Source of the DNA: Antedon mediterranea | Lineage: Eukaryota > Animalia > Echinodermata | Assembly: GCF_964355755.1 (NCBI RefSeq) | Contig: NC_092679.1 | Coordinates: 22,737,432 to 22,801,431 of the forward strand | DNA length: 64,000 nt | Direction of reading: 5' to 3' | Shown here: positions 24,501 to 38,840 of the stretch, one piece after another | How positions within the stretch are numbered: the stretch's first letter is position 1 | How the letters are laid out: each line of letters starts with the position of its first letter | Made by a program: the position numbers and the translations under genes | The notes under the pieces: generated by a model | The model's database searches: none | What the model saw: the letters and a program-made list of their open reading frames with translations, nothing else | What the model was told of the DNA's origin: nothing

Positions 24501-27500
24501 TTTGCATTTGTAGACAGAAAGCGGTGCAATGAAAGATCTATTTACAACGGGTAACACATCTCAGGTAGAGCCCACAGTCACCCCACTATCAAACAATCAG
24601 CTAGCCCTAGGCCGAGATAATATGAGTATAGTAATAGATGGCAAAGGTCAACCTGCTAAAAAGTATGCCCTATCATGGGCAGAGGTTCCACTTGTTCTAG
24701 GTAAGTCAGGGCAGCTTGAAAACTATTGATAATGTATGACCATAGAGGTGCAGTATTACATAACTAGAGAGTCAACTAGGTGACAAACAAATATGCTTCA
24801 TGGAGCATTACTTCTTGATCTCTCGAGTAAATTGAGGCAGGCAGTCTAGTTTTTTTTTAAATTAAAATTCTGTTTTTTTATATTTATGGTTGAAATGCTT
24901 GCTTGCATTAATTAATTAATATATTTACTTACCACTTGTTTTTTTAATTTATAACAGAAATTTATTATTTTCATTTTATGTCTTATAGCTTATGACCAAC
25001 CATACCTAATCGCTGTTTTACCAAAACATGTTGAAATTAGAACAATAGACCCTAAGTTATTAGTGCAAAATATTGATCTCAACAAACCCAAATTTATTTC
25101 AGTGGCAAGGTAAGATTATTTTGACACTGAGATGTCAACCATGTGTGTGCCTGTTACCACCTGTAATACCAACCACCTGTATTTCCACCAGCATCACCAC
25201 CTGCATTACCTCTTGTACCACCTATATGACAACCAGTATTTACCACCTGTATTATCAAATGCATTCCCACCTGCATTTCCAAATGTACTGGCAAATGTAT
25301 TACCATCTACACTATGTTACCAGGATTTAATGTTAATATAAATATTGATATTATTGGTTACAGTAATAAATACATCTATGTGGCATCCCAAGATTTCATT
25401 TGGAGGCTAGCACCGTTTCCAATAACAACACAGATTGATGTTTTACTGAAAGACAAACAATTTGAACTTGCTCTTCATCTAGCTGTAAGTAATCAGCAAA
25501 AGTAGAAAGGTCAAAGGTTATACAGAAAGGCCAAAGGTTATACATAAAGTAAAGTAGAAAGGCCATGAGATATGAAAAATTTCAAAGGTTACATATCAAA
25601 TACAATTAATTATTTCAGTTTGTGTAACAAAATAAGTAACTTTAAAATATTATTGTATTTTTGAAAAACACAGAACATGACAGATGAAGATGAAGCAGAT
25701 AAAGAGAGGAGAATTCACAGCATTCAAAGTAAATTCGCGTTTAATCTCTTCTGCCAAAACCGCTTTGAAGAGTCAATGAAAATATTTTCCAAATTAGGAA
25801 CAGGTAAAATTTATTTATTTCTTTTATCACCTTTGACATTGCATTAGGATTCTTTTGGGGTGTTTTAATTAAATTGCACTTTTAACCTTTACAGTGCATG
25901 CAGTATAGTTTTGAAATGGACTGCCAAGATTCGAACTCGGTATTTCTCATTGGTAAATTCTTATTAATCATCAATATTAAAACTTTACTTTCAGATCCAT
26001 CATACGTAATTGGGCTGTATCCAGACCTTTTGCCAAATGACTACCGAAGTAAGTTGGAGTACCCGTCAAGACCCCCAACTTTAATAGGGCAGGAACTTGA
26101 AAAAGGTTTGACCGCCCTAATTGAATACCTCACCCAAAAAAGACAGGACCTGATGAAGGCAGGACCCAAAGAACAAACACAGTCAACGACAATCGTAGAT
26201 GGAACAACAAAAGTTATCCCACGCAAACAAATGAGTCAGATTGTGGATACTACCTTACTCAAGTGCTATTTAATGGTAGGTTTCATGGGTCAAAGGTCGT
26301 GTAGAATGGTCAAATGTTGTGTAGAAAGGTTAAATGTTATGTAGAAAGGTTAAATGTTATGTAGAAAGGTCAAATTTTATGTAGAAATGTCAAATTTTAT
26401 GTAGAAATGTCAAATGTTGTCAAATTGACTAACTTTTAGGAATTATATGATGTACAAAAAAAGCAGTGAATCTTTCAACTCATGAAATTCTCTTACCATT
26501 AAAATCATAAACTCTTTATTGATATTTATGTTTATTTTTTGTTATTTCTAAAAGACCAATGATGCCTTAGTAGCACCATTGCTTAGGCTGAAAGACAATT
26601 ATTGTCATTTAGAAGAAACGGAACGAATATTGAAAAAATATCAGAAGTACAGTGAACTTATTATATTGTATGAAAAGAGGGGATTGCACAAAAAAGGTAA
26701 TTTTCCCTATTCAATTCAATTTAAAACTTTTTTTCAGACAAACTGTCTATAAACATATAAATACAATCAAATAGAGCAGAAATACAAAGCATTTAGATAG
26801 GACCAAGAATTACTGTATCTGAAAAATGTTTCTTTCTTTTTTAAAGTTTCTTTTCTGATAATTTTTCTGCTTTTAACAGCTTTAGATCTTTTACTACGTC
26901 AGTCTCAAAAAGTAAACAGTCCTCTTAGAGGTCATGAGAGGACAGTGACCTACCTACAGTCATTGGGTCAAAAACACATCAATGTAATATTTGAATATTC
27001 TAAATGGGTATTAAAGGCTCATCCAGAAGATGGTCTAAAGGTAATTATAAAGCTATTATGACTCTGAATGTAATACATCCTTTTATATATGCAATAATAT
27101 TCTTTGGTGGTAAAACATTAGACGGATTCGGTTTTAAATGCATCACTAGTATTTGTCACACAACCTAGCTTGTGTGCTGGATTGTAAACAAACAATAACG
27201 TTTGCATAGGATTTTCGGACGTCATGTTTTATTTACACAGTGAGGTCATATGAGAAAATATTTTTTATAGTAAAATGGCCTAGTTAAGAAGTCAGTTAAC
27301 CACTACTTTCAATAAAAATAATACATACGCCATTAAAGATCACGGATTTCGTCCTCATTGTTCAAATCCAGAATGTCATTTTATGTTATTTACATGATTA
27401 AAATGATTATTTTTAATTCCAACTTTTATTTATTTTATTTAGGTTTTTACTGAAGACACACCAGAAGTAGAAAGTCTTCCAAGGGACATGGTTTTGGCAT

Positions 27501-30292
27501 ATTTAGAAGAGGTTGATCGGGAACTAGCAATACCTTATTTAGAACACATCCTTATCGAATGTTCAGATAACACCCCTCCTTTCCATAATAAACTAATCCA
27601 TTTGTATAGAGAAAAGGTTCAGGAAATGATGAAAGAGTACCTACCGTCGTTACCAGAAGGTTAGTACAGTTTGAGTGAAACATGATTTGAACCTAAACTT
27701 TTTACTGAAAAGCAAGCATTTTAACTGCAATGCTATAGAGCCACATTGTCATATATACGGTTGTCAGCAGGTCTCTCAAGACATCCTTTTGCCCCACTTT
27801 TCTGTCTTTGGCTTTTCTTTTCATCTGCTCTTTATCCACCATAATAAATCCTTTTCTTACATTTGGATGAATGAAGCCTAAGACAAATGTCCAGACTCTA
27901 GCCTCCATTTTACTTTCAACATTTTTAAATACATTTCAACCCTTTTAAAGAAACTCTTGTCAAATATAACAACCAGGTTTTTCCTTTTGTTTTTCATTTG
28001 CACAGGTCAGGCACCTGCTAGTGCTGGAATGGAACCAGGAGAATTAGGAGAAGTTCGTAGCAAACTTTTATTTTTTCTGGAGACATCACGGTACTACATA
28101 CCAGAACAACTTCTCACTCATTTTCCATTTGATGGTAGGTTAAAAGATTTATTGGAAGTTTTAAAAATTGTAATTACTTTTCCAATTCTATTAGCACTAT
28201 TGGTTTTTTTGCTTTATCTTATAGGATTCTTTGAAGAGAGGGCGCTGTTATTAGGACGTCTCGGTAGACATGAGCAAGCCTTAGCAATATATGCTCATGT
28301 CCTGAAAGACACGCAGATGGCAGAGGAATACTGCAGCAGAAATTACCATAAAGACATAGAGGGCAGTAAAGATGTAAGTAAACAAATATATCGTAAAAGC
28401 TACATAATTTTGTCCATTGAGAACAGTAGTTACAATTATTTAATTGATTTGAATTTTACAGGTGTACCTCAGTCTGCTCTGTATGTACCTGTCACCACCA
28501 GAAGCCAGTAGCTTAGGGGTTATGGAAAATGTTGCCTCACCTCAGCCTAACATTGATGCAGCTTTAACAGTGCTAGAAATGCACTATCAACAAATAGACA
28601 CAGCCAAGGTAAAGTTCGGTCTACACTATCAAACTATTTGACAAAAAAGTGATCAACATGAAATACTGTATTACAGAATTTGTACCTAACCCTATGATAC
28701 TGGAATAGGTCATATGTGGAGGTATACAGTAGCACTGGCAACTGGGTTCCAGTCAATCAATTCTGGATTTTAATTGGCCTTAGGTGAGTGTCTCTCGCTT
28801 GGAGTAAATTTCCTCTTTTTTTTATTTTTCAGGCCTTAGAGTTGCTGCCACCTACCATACATGTGTCTTGTATTTCAAATTTTCTTGAAAACGTCATGGA
28901 AAGCAAGGCTATACATAAACGAAGCCTACAGGTTCTACGAAGTCTACGTTTCTCAGAGAATTTACAGGTGTGTTAAAAAAGTGAAAGCCTGTATATATGT
29001 GTGCTCTGAGCTGTGCATGCATTTGTATGTATATACTGTATCACTGAAAATGTTTGGCTAAACTACTTTACCTTGATACAAAATGTATATTTATATTGTA
29101 GGCCTACAACTACTATTAAAGCCCCATTCCCTACGTTTTTTAGATCTAATTTAAGATCACAAACTATATTTAATGTAAAAATAATACTATATGGTCCTAT
29201 TGCGATAACTTTTTTCGTCTTTAAACGGTTAAAAATGTGAAAAATAAGTCGATTTTAATAATTATAGCGGCCCGCTATAAATCCCAAAATGCATTGCGCG
29301 CGGATTGATATTTTTGTTTTTCACCTGTAATTCGCCCACTTTTCGATCGATCGTGAGGCCAAAACAAATGGAAGACTCCTAACTTTTCAGCGAAAATACC
29401 AAGTTTTCCCCAATTTGTATCAACGGAGTCTGGCAAAAATAGAAAGACAATTAATGCAGCAACTATACAACGTCAGGCTAGGTATATAGCTAGCGTACGA
29501 TGTTCGTACGTTACCGATGTTTACCAGCTAGGCCTACAAAACTAAGCCTAGCCAGGCTAGGCCTAAGACCGTCCACGAGAGGTCGATCGCCGCGAGCTAC
29601 TTAGGTAGTGCATTGTTTCTCACTTTTTATCATAATTTACCATAAAACGTACATTTAAGACAAGGAATGACATGGTTTAATGTTTTTAAAGTTATATATA
29701 TGTATTATTTTCCAAAAAACGTCCAAAATTGCAGGGAAGGGGTCTTTAAATGAACACCTTCAGGATGCAATAAGTGTCACTTTAATATGGGTATCATTGA
29801 GTTGAGTCAAATAACTTTCCCTCATTCATTTAATTAAACTTTAAGAAAAGGAATAGTTTTGAAATATGTGTGTTGATGTTATGCTTGATGTTAAAATTGC
29901 ATTGCAACTTTTAGCCTGAAAACTGGCACAGTTTAAAAGATGAGTGCAATTTAGTGGCAGCTAAAAGATATGGACGGAGAGTGCGCAGTTCAGCCTAGTA
30001 ACATGCGAGTCACAGGAGAATGCGCAGTTCAGCCTAGTAACCTGCGAGTCGCAGATATTTTTATTTGGTTGAAGTACAGTACTGTTATGTGTATTAAAAT
30101 AACTTATCTTTTTAGGTTCGTGAACAACACATCTTTCACCAAAGCAAGAAGTGCGTTATTCAAGAAGACAAAAACTGTCCGGTTTGTCGGAAAAAGATCG
30201 GCAACAGCGCATTTGCTCGTTATCCTAACGGGGTCGTAGTTCACTACTACTGTTGTCAAGATAGGAACATTTGTCCTGTAGATCCTCTATGA
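21587..30292 (+). CDS. VPS39: Vam6/Vps39 HOPS subunit, 19 exons: 21587-21659, 22195-22263, 22844-22954, 23292-23386, 23785-23895, 24099-24191, 24514-24700, 24989-25109, 25364-25484, 25674-25803, 25995-26275, 26555-26696, 26880-27040, 27443-27659, 28006-28134, 28225-28373, 28462-28608, 28833-28967, 30116-30292
   Basis: N-terminus MHDAYEAQPILEKLPLQIESI; DPSYVIGLYPDLLP; QIVDTTLLKCY; FFEERALLLGRLGRHEQAL; C-terminal CPVCRKKIGNSAFARYPNGVVVHYYC. All introns GT-AG with consistent phases. Confidence 0.97.
26290..26420. repeat. 20-bp minisatellite (TGTAGAAAGGTCAAATGTTA)n in a VPS39 intron; related units at 25500-25590
   Basis: About 6 tandem copies. Confidence 0.8.
29120..29745. mobile_element. Non-autonomous TTAA-flanked DNA transposon (Kolobok-like) in the last VPS39 intron
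   Basis: TTAA|AGCCCCATTCCCTAC ... GCAGGGAAGGGGTCT|TTAA, imperfect 15-bp TIRs. Confidence 0.7.
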
Positions 30293-32909
30293 AAAAGTGT
30301 CTGAACAACAAAAGCATCATTTTTCAAGATTTTATCACGGTGCTTTGTCAATGACAATACTATAATGGATTTCTCAGCTGTGTATGTTTGTGCTAAAAGT
30401 AGCTGTAGTTTTGAGAGCAATTTTTTCAGATGTGTCCAGTTATAGATAGAACACCACAAAGAAAATTACAGTAGAACCCTTATTTGGGGACATGTATTAT
30501 ATTCAGGTGACACCATTATTAAGAGGCACTTTTGCGTTAAATTGTGGTAAATAATACACTTCGCCAAGGGTCAGTAATACACTATGATCGGCCTCTATTT
30601 AAAAAAAAACTTTGTTGGGTTCTGAAGGTGTCCCCTTAATAGAGGTCTTACCCAATACTGACTGTTAGTGACAATTGCAAAGTTTAAGTAGTCTTGTTTA
30701 GGCACTAATTGTTTGGTTCAAGTCCTCGCTCTTGATTTTTATATTCATTGTATATAGTCGTCTCCTTGGGGGGAAAATGTCTACAAATTTTATATTTAAA
30801 AGATATAAAATGGAGTTTTAAACAAAATTATTTCTAGAATATAATAAAACAATATAAGGTTATTAATTAAGGCAGCCTTTATACTTTCATAAAACTCCAT
30901 TTTCGTAGAACAATATCGGAATTTTTGGTTAAAGACTGAAAAATGTGCTATAGAACATGACAGTATCCTTGTCTTTTGATTGATTAATTTTGTATCACAT
31001 GTTGTTCAATTTTAGTTCTACTAAACAGAAACGTGATATTTAATAGTACTATTGCATGTTTGGCTTTTTGTAAACAATTTTTTTCAATGCAGTGCAGGTG
31101 ATGGTTTCATTTTCCAAAACCAACCCGTAAAGTGTGTTTGCAGAATGGCCTAGTCTAATCTTTGACATTGATTGAAGATGAAAGTGTTTTACATGATCAA
31201 CAAAGTCTTTCGGAAGAGTCGTTCAGGTCGATGTCAGGTCATGTCAAAGTTCACTGCATTTTTAAAGTTCAACCATCATGTTCCTGATTGGAAAGAATAA
31301 TACAAAAAAATAAAATATATAGTGAATTAATTGGTTTAAAAATAGATTTTTATCATTTAATTAACCTCTGAAATCTTTTAATATGTATATATTTGTAGAA
31401 ATAAATCGTAACATAAATATATTTATTTTTATTATAATTATGCAAATAATTGTATTTTTCATGCAAATAATTGAGGCTGTAATTGATTACAAACCGTTTA
31501 TATTATGATTTTTGTATTTAAATTTTTATTTTTTTGTTATATCTATTATTTTTAATCGATCTGTTCCAGGTAATAAGTTTATTTATATCCCATGCCATTA
31601 CAAAAAAAAAATGTGAAGATGATATAGCTACTTATCATGTAAGCGATAGGTAAAAAAAATAATGTCTAATTGTGCTTCTTCTATAGTATAATAGTGTTAA
31701 GACAAATGATGTTAGATCTGTAGTTTTTTAGAAACAATTTTCGAAAGGTTAAATTTGTGTATAAGTATAAAAGATAAATATTATATAAAAAAAGAATGAA
31801 AATTTGGAAAGAGGATTGCATTGATTGGAGAAGTAAGCATTTTGGGAAAAAACACAAATATTAATAAAATAAGTACTATTTCATGGTACTATTCCACAGA
31901 CATGTAGATAGCAAACTATGCTTACGTCACAGTCGCATCGCGATAAGACGTACACAGTCGACGCACGTCTAAACAAATTGATGTTAATTATCAAGGTTTG
32001 AATGCGCGCTCCTGGCATGAGCGTACAGTTAATATTATCCTATTTTAACGCGCGCACCACCTATCACACACAGGAATAGGAAATTGCTACAGAAAGGGTA
32101 CACTTGTAACAATAAATATTGGCAATTTTAACTGAATTTTATGGTTGTTCATTTCGTTGTATTTTGTCATTGCAAACGCAATACCAAAGCGCATTATTTT
32201 CACCCACCTACATTTCTAACATTACTATGCAAATAGGATATTTCACCGTTTTTTCAGTAGACGCCTTTTTTAAATAAGATGGTTTTCGGTAGATTAGTCT
32301 CTTTTAGCCTACTTGCACTTTTTTCTTAAGCAACTATTAATCCTATTTCTTATTGCTGAGAACAGATTTTCCTTCTGATCTTCTAAATAAATGTTTACTT
32401 GTACTTTGCCGGAATCACATACGTCGTATATCTATAGGTCCTTTGGATGCCATATATTAAGTTGCGTTATTTGTTAACGTTCTTCAATTGAAGCTTAATT
32501 TCTGAGGTTACTTAACGAATGGTAAATAAGAAAGTTCTCAATCGAATACGCCAAATCGATGTTTATTTAATATCCTGGTTTATGACTAGTCAATTAATAA
32601 AGAAAGAAGAAACAGTTCAAAACGAATTATTCAATTGGAATAGGACTATCTACCTACCTTGATTTACCTTAAAAAGCATGATAGCAGTAAAACGTATTTT
32701 ATAAACAGATATAGGCATTTGTTGGTGAATTTAATGGTAAAAATATCTATATATACTGTTGTGTTTATATATATATATATATATTTAAAAATAATAAAAA
32801 AAGTCGAAAAGTTGAGTTCCAACTTTCTTTGACCTTTTGACCCATTGTGAACTTTTTTTTATCTATCTGTTGACATTACATCCGGGTTATTCATCATTGC
32901 AAATCCATC

Positions 32910-35900
32910 ATGGCCGCCTCTGATGGATCTGGGAAGGACGAAGTCAAAACACAGTTTACAACTCGGGAAGGCCTTTATAAACTTATGACTTTGTCGGAAT
33001 ATTCAAGACCTACAAGAGCACCTTACAATGTACAATGTTGTCATCCTGTAAAAGTTTCTTTTGTTGTAGTTAAAGATGGATCCGGGTCCAACGAGAAAAT
33101 ATGTTTCAACGTTGGACGCGAGCTCTACTTCTACCTGTACAAAGGCGTTCGGAAGGTGGGCTAGCTCCTGAAATATTAGGCCAAACACAGGCCTAGGCCT
33201 AGATAAAAACGTTGTGCCCCAATTTTTACTTATTTACTTTTGTCATGGTCCACATTTGTGGTTGCATATATGTCTAGGTTATGCTGCTTTATAGATTTAA
33301 TAATTATTTTAATTTAGTGAGATTTTATATATATTTATTTTCAGTTGTCCAATTGTTTTTGTTATTCATTAATATTATCATTTAAATTCACTACTAGTAC
33401 TAGGCTAGGCTAGGCAGCAGGCATAGGTCTAGCCTACTATCTACTACGCCTCTAGCTATGGTTGGGTGTACTTGACAGTGTGTTGCAGTACTTAGTTAGT
33501 ATTACTTGTTTACAAGTATTGAATTGAGGAGGGAGAGATAAGGTTTTATTGCAGGTATACTGTACTCAGGGAAAATTTTCATTTAAAAATTTTGTTTAGC
33601 AATATTGCTAATCAAACTGATTTTTAAGTCGAGAAACATAGTTTTGTATAGTATTTTTTGCTACACAATTTTCAAAATGTGTAGCAATAAGGTTGTTTTG
33701 TATAGCTTTTTGCTATGCTACACTGACGAAAATGTTCCCTGTGTACTGTAGTGTAGCTTGATTAAAACATTCTGTAAACACAATGCACGTTTTCCCATTT
33801 CCTCCCCCATCGTGTTGCCCACGCTATTTGTGATAAACCTTATAATTTTAAAATAGGCCTATGTATGTATAAACACCAAACTATTGAATTGTCGAAGTGA
33901 TTTTGCTTAGACAAACCCTTCCTTGAACGAGGAAATATTTTTGTTTTTATAGGCTGCAGATTTAACGAAACCGATCGATAAACGGACATACAAAGGCGGA
34001 ACACTACCAACGTGCCATGACCTGAATCAATTCACAGCCAGCGAGAACAGTGTATTATTGCTTATCGGCTTCTCAGCTGGTCAAGTTCAACTTATTGACC
34101 CAGTTACGAAAGATCTTAGTAGGATATTCAATGATGAGGTAACTAAATAATATGTTTTTTATTTGAAGGTTTTTTATGGCGATAAATTACTCAAGCACTC
34201 GGCTGATAAAAATGAATTATTTGAAGTTTAAACAAAATTATTATAATTTGTTTTTGTTTTCAGCGTCTTATTGACAAAACAAAAGTGACGTGTGTAAAAT
34301 GGGTTCCTGGTACAGAACACATGTTTCTAGTTGGTCATGCTAGTGGACAATTGTACGTTTATAATAAGGAACATCCGGCATTTAACACACCCCCTCAATA
34401 CCAAACATGGAAACACGGAGATGACTACGCTATCTACACATGCAAGACAAAGTCTAATCGCAACCCGGTGTTTCGCTGGATAGTGGGTGAGGGCTCCCTC
34501 AACGAGTTTGCGTTCTCGCCTGATGTTAAATATTTAGCGACAGTTTCGCAGGATGGTTTTTTAAGGATTTTCAATTACGATACTATGGATTTAGTAGGCT
34601 CAATGAAGAGCTATTTTGGTGGATTACAATGCGTCAGTTGGAGCCCTGATTCAAAATATGTTGTTGTAGGAGGGGAGGATGATTTAGTAACCGTGTGGTC
34701 ATTTGTTGACAAGCGTGTAGTTGCAAGGGGCAAAGGTCATAAATCGTGGGTTACAAATGTATGTTTTGACCCATTTACGTCAGAAATATTAAATCACCAC
34801 GAAGATTTTATGGGCAGTGAAGATGATTTTACATCGCCGCGGGATCAACGATCACCGGCTACACGACGAGAGCGAACATTTAGCAATCAATCTCGTAATT
34901 CGATCCAAAGTAACGGAGGAATTGTACCAGTACTATATCGGTTTGGCTCGGTAGCGCAGGACACTCAGCTTTGCTTATGGGAGTTTACAGAAGACTTACT
35001 TAAACAAAATCAGTCTCTGTCGAGACAACGAACGAACACACAGCTCCCAACCGGTAGTATAGCGCAAACGAATAGTTTATCACCGCAAGGTAAATCCTCT
35101 AGTAATACGAACACTAGTCATCATTCGGACAGTGGGTCCGTACACAGTAGATTCTCAACACTTAGTCTCGGAGATAAGCATAAAGATAAAACCAAAAAGG
35201 AATCGGTTTCGAGTAAAAGTGGAGAAAAAATGAACATTCTTAGTAAAATCCATCAAAAAATAATTGAAGATTCTGCCAAAGCAATCGGGACTCCAATGTG
35301 CCCTAGGATAGATGAACTAATAATTCTTGAACCTTTAATAACGAAGAAAATCGCTCATGAGCGCGTCACGTCGCTTATGTTCAAAGAGGACTGCATTGTT
35401 ACTGCGTGTCAAGAAGGCTTCGTTAGTACGTGGGCAAGACCAGGAAAAGTGGTAAGTTGTCCTTTCCATTCAAATCATTTCCAATGTGCAGTAGAAGTAC
35501 CCCCTAAGGAGATGCTGTTTTGAATAGTTGAAAGTGTTGAATAGACATAGGGGAATCCCTTAATAGGGGAATCCCTTAATAGGGGAATCCCAAAGGAGGG
35601 GTTCTGCTGTATGTTATTTTTTTAGTACACAGTGATACTAATAGTACAATACCGCCCTCTTTTTGCACCAACGATAAACTAAAGCTTGGCCACATCTTTT
35701 AAAAGCATGCTACCTCTGTTAAGTTATCATTTATTCTCCTCTCCTCATAGACAAACTTAATTTCCGAATTCATAATACAAAGCAATAAATATAGTTAAAA
35801 AACTTAGTTAAACAGTATTTTTCAATTTTTAATATTTTTTTGTAAGTTAAAAAAAAATTTTTTTTTTTAAATCAGTGCATATTGTAGAGGTGGTTGAAAT

Positions 35901-38840
35901 TTAGGGTTTAAGTAGATTGATTATGTGGCTTTTTAACTTTCTGCAAGAAAATTCTCATAAACAAATACAAAGACAATTCTGTAGCATTACAAAAGCTGAG
36001 CTACTGTACAGTATACAGTTAGTAACTGTCTGTAATGATGTGCACAATAATAAAAAACAAATAATACTTCTAATATACTGGTTGTGGGCTAACAATCTGA
36101 CAGCTGTTTTGGTTGGCTAATAATTAACATTTATAAAATTGTAGTCTGGTTGGACCATAAAAGTACAGGTATATTGAAAAAAAAAAACACATTAGGAACA
36201 ACAAAAACATAATGTGTGTATACAGAATTGTCTTTGATAAATTCAATTAGATACATTTTAATACAGTACTTTCAAGGAAATGAATAGCCACTCAATAGCT
36301 CTGTGTACATTAGTGCTGTGATGCATGATAAATGGTCGCTTTCCCCATTCATTCCTTTACAGTTGGTCCTAAAATTAGATTAGGAATAGGAAAGGTTTTT
36401 TTTATAAAATCAGGATGTGGCATAAAAGCTGAATGCATTCTTCTTGACTGCAGTTTCTAAATTGCTGACATTGCCTTGTATTGTTTAGTATAGAATCATG
36501 CATGTTTAAACTCCATACTTTAATATTTTCCTTTTGGTCTGTTTGATAAGTCTCGCATTTTATTTGACAAAAAAATGAAATTAAAATGGTTTCAGGTCTG
36601 TATACAGTAACTGGAACTTTACAGTATGTATACGACCACAAGATTAAATTTACCAACTTTCAATTTCAGTGCAAACAAGGCTTTACTGAAATCCCCAAAT
36701 GTCTGTTTCCACTTGATTCGACAAATTAAAAATCTTCCATAACCACATTTTCCTTTTTCTGTGATGGTACAGTAACTTCTGCTACAGTATTAATTAATTT
36801 ATGCAAATATTGCATGATTTTTTTTTGTCAAATAAAATAAAGAATGTCCACATGGCATTGGATCACTGCATTAGTTTTCAATTCATAGCATGAAAAAAAA
36901 TCACTAATTGTAAGCCTTTTTGTTTTTGGTCTTTTTTTTTGTATTGTGTAGCCCAACCTTACCCCCGATCTCATGGGCAGAGGGGATACGCAACCAGAGA
37001 AATCCTAAATAGATTGAGGTATAGTATTTTCAGTAGTGACGTTGTTCATACCATTTTCATTTATTTTCTTATCCATATTCTTTTTGTTGTCTAAAATAGA
37101 CAGAATTACAGTAGAGAATAGGTTACAACCATCAATTCCAGACTAGTTTAAAGGGTGTTTATAACAATGCATAATGAGTTAGTGAAACCTTTTGTCTACC
37201 TTGAAAAAGATCTAATGAAAGCTTCAATTTGCCCTTTTCCTCCACCACCAACACAACCCCCCTCCCCCCTAAAAAGTACTACCCATACAGTATTAGGAGG
37301 CTTTGATGCCCTTGTTGAACTCCAAGCCGTGTAAGTTGCTTATTTGGCGCCGGTAGACTTAAAAATTCAATCAACTCAAAGCTGTACATACTTAAAGTAA
37401 TACGGTATCCGACCACCTAAGATAGGATGATAGACTAAAACAACCTGGCCCTGTTAATACGGTATCTGACCACCTAAGATAGGATGATAGACTAGAACAA
37501 CCTGGCCCTGTTAATACGGTATCCGACCACCTAAGATAGGATGATAGACTAGAACAACCTGGCCCTGTTAATACGGTATCCGACCACCTAAGATAGGATG
37601 ATAGACTAGAACAACCTGGCCCTGTTAATACGGTATCCGACCACCTAAGATAGGATGATAGACTAGAACAACCTGGCCCTGTTAATACGGTATCTGACCA
37701 CCTAAGATAGGATGATAGACTAGAACAACCTGGCCCTGTTAATACGGTATCCGACCACCTAAGATAGGATGATAGACTAGAACAACCTGGCCCTGTTAAT
37801 ACGGTATCCGACCACCTAAGATAGGATGATAGACTAGAACAACCTGGCCCTGTTAATACGGTATCCGACCACCTAAGATAGGATGATAGACTAGAACAAC
37901 CTGGCCCTGTTAATACGGTATCCGACCACCTAAGATAGGATGATAGACTAGAACAACCTGGCCCTGTTAATACGGTATCCGACCACCTAAGATAGGATGA
38001 TAGACTAGAACAACCTGGCCCTGTTAATACGGTATCTGACCACCTAAGATAGGATGATAGACTAGAACAACCTGGCCCTGTTAATACGGTATCCGACCAC
38101 CTAAGATAGGATGATAGACTAGAACAACCTGGCCCTGTTAATACGGTATCCGACCACCTAAGATAGGATGATAGACTAGAACAACCTGGCCCTGTTAATA
38201 CGGTATCTGACCACCTAAGATAGGATGATAGACTAGAACAACCTGGCCCTGTTAATACGGTATCCGACCACCTAAGATAGGATGATAGACTAGAACAACC
38301 TGGCCCTGTTAATACGGTATCCGACCACCTAAGATAGGATGATAGACTAGAACAACCTGGCCCTGTTAATTCGTCATAATTGTCGTATCATACAAAAACT
38401 TTATTTTAAACAGAATTGCAGTCACGCTATGCTTACCTTAGATTAGTGAAAGCTACAGTATTTAATCATAATGGTTGTGGTTTTTCATTTATGCACTTAT
38501 CATAATTTTTATTTTTCTGTTCTTCCAATCAAAATATATTTTTTTTCTTAACTGTTTTCTATTCACTGTACTTGCACTCTGTTCAAATGTTTTCTAGAAG
38601 TAAGCCAATTCATCAAACACCTTAATTTAAAAAATTGGAGTTCAAGGTTTGAAATGTCTAATTTAGTTTAATTAATTTAAAACAATTACTGCTAATTGCT
38701 TATTATTGTGTGGTTTATTAAACTTACATTCCTTGTAATTTAATCATGTAGTTAAAAGTTATACATTATGTTATGATTTGATTTATAAACAGGGTTTACT
38801 GCAGCCTACGACATCAGTGCCTGGTGGGACAGTAGTCTGA
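32910..38840 (+). CDS. WDR20: WD repeat protein 20 (USP12/46 cofactor); exons 32910-33155, 33953-34138, 34264-35451 and terminal exon 38793-38840
   Basis: EVKTQFTTREGLYKL, ICFNVGRELYFYLYKGVRK|AADLTKPIDKRTYKG, MKSYFGGLQCVSWSPDSKYVVVGGEDDLVTVWS, TACQEGFVSTWARPGKV; terminal exon GLLQPTTSVPGGTVV*. Confidence 0.96.
37398..38370. repeat. 57-bp minisatellite, 17 nearly identical copies, in the last WDR20 intron
   Basis: TAATACGGTATCYGACCACCTAAGATAGGATGATAGACTAGAACAACCTGGCCCTGT head-to-tail. Confidence 0.98.

Noticed and set aside
37398-38370. CRISPR-like appearance of the 57-bp array
   Set aside because: Units are contiguous and identical with no unique spacers; no cas genes; eukaryotic intron.
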